This document shows, one piece after another, positions 59,059 to 64,000 of a stretch of 64,000 bases of DNA; position 1 is the first letter of the stretch; every line of letters starts with the position of its first letter. This stretch comes from Promethearchaeota archaeon (GTDB lineage: Archaea > Asgardarchaeota > Lokiarchaeia > Sigyniarchaeales > SOKP01). The notes beneath the pieces were generated by a model that was not told the origin of the DNA, did not search any database, and was given only the letters and a program-made list of their open reading frames with translations. The stretch lies in NCBI GenBank assembly GCA_048939995.1, contig JBHLOY010000007.1, positions 96,001 to 160,000 on the forward strand, in the 5' to 3' direction. Made by a program: the position numbers and the translations under genes.

Positions 59059-59071
59059 TGACTAGTAAATT
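59059..59071 (+). promoter_or_regulatory. candidate operator copy 2 (TGACTAGTAAATT)
   Basis: Directly downstream of TTTAAATA (59048-59055). Confidence 0.45.
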
Positions 59072-59152
59072 TAACATGGGTATGAGAAAGATGCATTAGT
59101 CATGCCTAATAAATAAAATAAAATATAGAAAATCAAGAGTGAGATTATAAGA

Positions 59153-59383
59153 TTGTTGAAGGATGAATCCCAGGTAATCGAAAGGATTTATGGAGTCAAC
59201 GTTTTTAATGAAAAAAATGAATATGTTCCAGATAAGTCAAATAAAGCAAAACATATGATCAACGAGATATATGTTAATAATTCTATCTCTGCAAAAGCCA
59301 AGAAAAGAATTTTTATTGGACTTCAGTTACTGATTATTGCTGCTCATATTGCATTCTTTATCCTGAGAATGTTTCATATTTAA
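59153..59383 (+). CDS. small tail-anchored membrane protein
   Basis: 76 aa, basic stretch then a terminal TM helix. Confidence 0.5.
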   Translation: MLKDESQVIERIYGVNVFNEKNEYVPDKSNKAKHMINEIYVNNSISAKAKKRIFIGLQLLIIAAHIAFFILRMFHI

Positions 59384-59408
59384 ACCAAACTCTTGAGGAG
59401 ATAAACAC

Positions 59409-59570
59409 ATGGAAGAAAATTTAATAGAAGAGAAGGTAATAAAGGAATCTAAAATAGTTATCTCAAAAAAAAATAATCGCGCAAAAAAAGTATTGATAGT
59501 CATATTAAAGTTACTTATATTATTTGCTTTTCCTGTCACAGTGGCGATAATTGACCATTTTGTATTTTAA
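59409..59570 (+). CDS. small tail-anchored membrane protein (53 aa, missed by ORF track)
   Basis: GAGGAG SD; MEENLIEEKVIKESKIVISKKNNRAKKVLIVILKLLILFAFPVTVAIIDHFVF*. Confidence 0.55.
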   Translation: MEENLIEEKVIKESKIVISKKNNRAKKVLIVILKLLILFAFPVTVAIIDHFVF

Positions 59571-59787
59571 AGTACCCTTATGATACCTGAAGAGAATTGG
59601 GAATTATGGAAGGATAACATTAGTTCTATACATAATTAAATTTAGCGTTATTCTCAATCTTTAGAAGTCTAATTTGGATTTGGAGTAATAGAGATCAAAC
59701 GAAATAAACAAGATTAATTTAAAATTCAATCAATAACTAAAGTATTATAGTTAATCTAATTCAATTGAAAGAGTAATTTAAATAGTA

Positions 59788-60843
59788 ATGCAATCTATAG
59801 GCCAAAAAGTCAACGAACGAGTTGTAACATTTGGAGAAATACTTCTACGACTTTCTCCTCCGTATTTCCAGCGCTTTATTCAAACTCGTTCGTTTGATGC
59901 TATTTATGGAGGATCCGAGGCGAATGTAGCAGTTTCTTTAGCTAATTTTGGTATACCTGTCGAGTATATAACACGAGTACCTAAAAATGAAATTGGAGAT
60001 GCTTGTCTTTACTATCTAAGGCAATTTGGTGTGCTCACAGACAAAATTGTTAGAGGAGGGACCAGATTAGGTATATACTTTCTTGAAACAGGAGCATCTG
60101 TTCGTTCTAGCAAAGTAATATATGATCGTGAAAATTCTGCTTTCGCAACCTCTCATCCTAAAATGTTTGATTGGGATAATTTATTTGAAAATGTAGGTTG
60201 GTTTAATTGGACTGGAATCACTCCAGCTATATCTCAAAATTTAACAGAAATCTGTTTGAAAGCAGTGAAAGTTGCTAAATCTAAAAATATTACAATCTCT
60301 TGCGATCTAAATTATAGGGATAAATTATGGAATTATGGAAAAAAAGCTTCAGAAGTCATGCCTGAATTATTAAATTATTGTGATATTTTGATTTGCAACG
60401 AAGAAGATGCTGATAAAGTATTACATATTAAAGCACCTAACACAAACATTTCTTCAGGCCAACTAAATCCTGAAAACTATAAACAAGTTGCACATGATAT
60501 AATAACTAGGTTCCCAAACTTAAGTTATGTGGCAATAACTTTAAGAGGATCCCTCTCTGCCAGCCATAATACATGGGCAGGAATATTATACAATAAGAAA
60601 GAAATGTTTATAAGCCCACATTATGACATTACTCATATAATTGATAGAGTGGGGGGTGGAGATTCATTTGTCGCTGGCCTAATTTATGGTCTTTTAACTT
60701 TTGGTAATGATCTGCAGAAAGTATTGAATTTTGCTGTTGCAGCCTCATGTTTAAAACATACTATTTTTGGTGATTTTAATTTAGTATCGATTGATGAGGT
60801 AGAGAAGATTATGAAAGATATATCTGGTCGTATTACAAGATAA
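59788..60843 (+). CDS. kdgK: 2-keto-3-deoxygluconate kinase (PfkB family)
   Basis: FGEILLRLSP, GGSEANVA, TGITPA, DLNYR.KLW, NEED, DRVGGGDSF. Confidence 0.85.
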   Translation: MQSIGQKVNERVVTFGEILLRLSPPYFQRFIQTRSFDAIYGGSEANVAVSLANFGIPVEYITRVPKNEIGDACLYYLRQFGVLTDKIVRGGTRLGIYFLETGASVRSSKVIYDRENSAFATSHPKMFDWDNLFENVGWFNWTGITPAISQNLTEICLKAVKVAKSKNITISCDLNYRDKLWNYGKKASEVMPELLNYCDILICNEEDADKVLHIKAPNTNISSGQLNPENYKQVAHDIITRFPNLSYVAITLRGSLSASHNTWAGILYNKKEMFISPHYDITHIIDRVGGGDSFVAGLIYGLLTFGNDLQKVLNFAVAASCLKHTIFGDFNLVSIDEVEKIMKDISGRITR

Positions 60844-60857
60844 TTAAAAAAAAGAGA

Positions 60858-61664
60858 ATGAATAAGATGTATATCTCAAATAATTTAATAATAACAGTTA
60901 CCACGGCAAATTCATGGATCTATCCTGAATTGAAAAATTGGGCGCAAACAACTGATAAATTAATAGAAGATATTGTAAAATGCTATGAAACTGGAGCAGC
61001 AATTGCTCATGTTCATTTACCTAGAGGAGAAGAGATTGACACTGTAAAAAAAATCAGGGAAAAATGCGATATCATCATCCAAGCAGGAATGTCGAGTTAT
61101 CCTATAGAAGAAAGAGCTCCAGATTTTCATGCTAAACCAGACATGCTCTCAGTTATATCAAATCATCATGCAGAACATTTTCCAGAAGCAAATGTAGACG
61201 TTATACATGATATTTATGAATTAGAGCAATATTGTATTTCTTGTGAGAAATTTGGGATAAAAATTGAATGGGAAGTATGGCATACTGGTTCCTACTGGAA
61301 TTTAAATTATTTAATTGAAAAAAGTTTATTAAATCCACCCTATGTACTGACCTTGTTTTTCAATTGGCCAGGAGGAACATGGTCTCCACCAACAGCTGAT
61401 GAATATTATCACAGAATAAAATATATGCCCCATGATTCTGTGCATACTATTAGCGTTATGGGAAACGAGCAAAGTAAAATAGCTGTGTTAGCTATTCAAA
61501 ATGGAGGAAACGTACGTGTTGGAACTGAAGATTATCCATTCATTAAAGAAGGAATACCAGCTAAGAATAATTCTGAACTAGTTCATCGTATGGTTAAAAT
61601 AGGAAAAGAGTTAGAACGTGAAGTGGCTGATCCCTCTGAAGCAAGAAAGTTATTAGGAATATAA
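60858..61664 (+). CDS. beta-keto acid cleavage enzyme (BKACE/Kce, DUF849)
   Basis: LIITV, GAAIAHVH, E.EVW..G, GGNVRVGTED, N.ELV, A.PSEAR.LLG. Confidence 0.85.
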   Translation: MNKMYISNNLIITVTTANSWIYPELKNWAQTTDKLIEDIVKCYETGAAIAHVHLPRGEEIDTVKKIREKCDIIIQAGMSSYPIEERAPDFHAKPDMLSVISNHHAEHFPEANVDVIHDIYELEQYCISCEKFGIKIEWEVWHTGSYWNLNYLIEKSLLNPPYVLTLFFNWPGGTWSPPTADEYYHRIKYMPHDSVHTISVMGNEQSKIAVLAIQNGGNVRVGTEDYPFIKEGIPAKNNSELVHRMVKIGKELEREVADPSEARKLLGI

Positions 61665-61675
61665 GTAATGAAAAA

Positions 61676-62434
61676 GTGTTTTTTATGAAATTGAAGGATA
61701 AAGTAGCAATTATCACAGGAGCGGGGGCTGGTATAGGTGAAGCAACCGCTATGTTATTCGCAAAAGAAGGAGCAAAACTATGCTGTAATTCACTCTCAAA
61801 CACTGCTTTTAAAGTAGTAGAAAAAATCAAAAAATCTGGGGGAGATGCTATCTTTGTGCAAGCAGATGTTTCTAAGGAGAAGGATGCCAAAAAAATTGTG
61901 GATAACACTCTAAATCAGTATGGAAAAATCGATATTTTATTTAATAATGCAGGAATTGTTCTAGGAGGAAGTATAGATACTATAAGTACTGAGGATTGGG
62001 ATAAAACAATGGCTGTAAATGTCCGTGGGATCTATTTAGTATCAAAATATGCAGTTCCATACTTGAAACAAGTTAAAGGTGTAATAATTAATAATTCATC
62101 ATCTATAGCTTTTAAAGGATTTCCTAATCGAGCAGCTTATACTGCATCAAAGGGAGCTGTATTATCTATGACAAGGGCAATGGCTGCTGATTATATTGAG
62201 GATGGAGTTCGAGTAAATGCAATTTGCCCTGGTACAACAGATACACCATCTCTATCTGAAAGAATAAAAAGTAGGGGTGGTGATTATAATGATATCAGAC
62301 AACAGTATATCGATCGTCAACCTATGAAGCGCTTAGGAAAGCCTGAGGAAATTGCTGAAGGGGTTTTATTTCTTGCTCTAAATGAATTTTGTACAGGAGT
62401 AAGCCTTATAATTGATGGTGGAATGACAATGTAA
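61676..62434 (+). CDS. short-chain dehydrogenase/reductase
   Basis: TGAGAGIG, NNAG, YTASK, NAICPGTTDTP. Confidence 0.92.
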   Translation: MFFMKLKDKVAIITGAGAGIGEATAMLFAKEGAKLCCNSLSNTAFKVVEKIKKSGGDAIFVQADVSKEKDAKKIVDNTLNQYGKIDILFNNAGIVLGGSIDTISTEDWDKTMAVNVRGIYLVSKYAVPYLKQVKGVIINNSSSIAFKGFPNRAAYTASKGAVLSMTRAMAADYIEDGVRVNAICPGTTDTPSLSERIKSRGGDYNDIRQQYIDRQPMKRLGKPEEIAEGVLFLALNEFCTGVSLIIDGGMTM

Positions 62435-62441
62435 TGTTAAA

Positions 62442-63221
62442 TTATCTTGTTGTCCAACCCCCATCAATCCTCAAGTCAGCGCCAGTAATGTAGGAGGATT
62501 CATCGGTTGCTAAAAACAATATTCCTGTAGCTATTTCTTCTGGAGTTGCCCAACGTCCTAAAACTCCTTCTGCTTCGAATTCCTTCTTTACAGCCTCATA
62601 TGATAATCCTCTATCCTTAGCTTGTTTTGCGACATCACTCTGTAACATAGGTGTATCAGTAGCTCCCGGACTTACACTATTCACTCTCACATTATAAGGT
62701 GCTAAATCTAGTGCTAAAGCTCTTGTGTATCCCAAAACTGCCGCCTTCGTGGAACAATAATTTGCGTGAGCAACTTGTCCAATATGAGCCGCTACTGATG
62801 CTAAAGTAATTATCGATCCAGATTTTTGTTTCTTAAAATAAGGGACGGCATATTTACAGGTATAATGGGTACCCTTAATATTTACATCAATGAGGAGGCT
62901 ATAATCATCATCTGGAAAACTCTCCACCGGTCCGACTCTTACAACGCCAGCATTTACAACTAAAACGTCGATTCTGCCAAATTTTTCAATTGTCGTATCT
63001 ATCATGCTTTTAACTTCTAATGGATTTCTCACGTCTACAACCGAAACTTTGGTTTTCTCCTTAACTTTGTTATTAATTAACATACAGGTTTCATTCAATC
63101 CCATTTCATCAATATCTGAAAGTATTTGAATTGCACCTTCTTTTGCGAATAGAATAGCTGTTGCACGTCCAATACCCGAGGCAGCTCCAGTAATTATAAC
63201 AATTTTATCTTTCAATCTCAT
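62442..63221 (-). CDS. short-chain dehydrogenase/reductase
   Basis: TGAASGIG, NAG, YCSTK, SPGATDTPM, DGG. Confidence 0.92.
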   Translation of the reverse strand: MRLKDKIVIITGAASGIGRATAILFAKEGAIQILSDIDEMGLNETCMLINNKVKEKTKVSVVDVRNPLEVKSMIDTTIEKFGRIDVLVVNAGVVRVGPVESFPDDDYSLLIDVNIKGTHYTCKYAVPYFKKQKSGSIITLASVAAHIGQVAHANYCSTKAAVLGYTRALALDLAPYNVRVNSVSPGATDTPMLQSDVAKQAKDRGLSYEAVKKEFEAEGVLGRWATPEEIATGILFLATDESSYITGADLRIDGGWTTR

Positions 63222-63229
63222 AATTTTTA

Positions 63230-64000
63230 TTAACCTCCTTTTACTACTATTCGCTTATCTAAATTAGATAAGCTTTCTGTCCCATTTTCAGTAATACGAT
63301 AACAATCTTCAATTCCTACTAATCCTTGACCTGGTACATTAAGCCAGACTTCAAGATCAAGAACCATATTTTTTTCAAATTGGATATCCATTGCACCAGT
63401 TGGACCAAATAAATGTGCTTCTTCACATTCTAATCCGATACTATGTCCTGTTATTAGATAAAATCCTCTTTTAGTTAAGGATTTTAAAAAGCTCTTAGCC
63501 TCTTCTCGAAATTCTTTAGCATTGATGCCTGGTTTTATGTTGTCAGCACAATACTCTTGAACTTGGATCATATAATCCATTGCTTCCTTAGCTTTTTGGG
63601 GGATTTCTCCGATGACAACTCCCCTACTGACATCTGAAATATACCCTTCCCATACAGCTCCAAAGTCAAACCGGATTATATTATTTTTTCTAACTGGGGT
63701 TCCTAAACCTGGAGCTTCTGGATCTGAAGGTCCAATGCTCATAGTTAAGTGATCCCACCCCCAAGCTCCTTCTTCAACAATTGTTTTTCGTGCAATTTGT
63801 AATAATTTCGTATCAGGAATATCTAATTCAGTCGCATCAATACAAGCTAATATAGCTTTTTCAGCAACTTGTGTAGATTTTTTAATTCGTCGAATTTCCT
63901 CTTCAGTTTTAATTAATCGCATATCTATAAACGCACTATCTCCATTCACGAAATCAGCGTTAGGGAATTCTTTTTTTAGAGCCTCAGATTGATACCTTGG
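63230..64000 (-). CDS. M24 (Xaa-Pro) peptidase-family protein, 5'-truncated by window edge
   Basis: RLIKT.EEI, DFG....GYISDVSR, GHSIGL, LE, GIED; frame is open to position 64000. Confidence 0.82.
   Translation of the reverse strand, partial: PRYQSEALKKEFPNADFVNGDSAFIDMRLIKTEEEIRRIKKSTQVAEKAILACIDATELDIPDTKLLQIARKTIVEEGAWGWDHLTMSIGPSDPEAPGLGTPVRKNNIIRFDFGAVWEGYISDVSRGVVIGEIPQKAKEAMDYMIQVQEYCADNIKPGINAKEFREEAKSFLKSLTKRGFYLITGHSIGLECEEAHLFGPTGAMDIQFEKNMVLDLEVWLNVPGQGLVGIEDCYRITENGTESLSNLDKRIVVKGG

Noticed and set aside
267-63223. Many short antisense or overlapping ORFs in the track (e.g. 267-560, 5327-5596, 11200-11628, 38873-39169, 57893-58225, 61594-61908)
   Set aside because: They overlap well-supported genes and show no recognisable motifs.
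1-64000. CRISPR arrays, tRNA/rRNA genes, transposases, prophage genes, in-frame UGA/UAG recoding
   Set aside because: None seen by eye: no regularly spaced repeats, no T-arm/anticodon cloverleafs in spacers, and no gene split by a single in-frame stop.

Overview
AT-rich (roughly 30% GC) archaeal chromosomal window, almost certainly Asgard (Lokiarchaeia-like). It carries a Loki-type profilin, two Rab-like GTPases, three longin-like proteins, an MPN+/JAMM protease and an HDAC-family enzyme. These sit among housekeeping genes (argS, aspS, thrS, SepRS, map, pth2, truD, eL38, eL40, thermosome, prs, ribL/ribK, agmatinase-deoxyhypusine synthase), a reductive-dehalogenase-family gene, an orphan DNA methyltransferase and a KdgK/BKACE/SDR catabolic cluster. 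I see no rRNA, tRNA, CRISPR array or transposase. The most striking unexplained feature is a ~445-nt minus-strand transcription unit with no long ORF (35474->35028). It has an archaeal BRE/TATA promoter at the correct spacing, an oligo-U terminator, 12-bp pairing of its two ends and several helices whose G-U pairs work only on the minus strand. It is a candidate large structured ncRNA that I cannot assign to RNase P, SRP or tmRNA. Also notable: three genes that appear to start at ATT/CTG codons behind Shine-Dalgarno-like motifs, a ThrRS with Asp in place of its Zn-ligand Cys, and several small genes missed by the ORF track. Family assignments are from motif recognition; no database searches were run.
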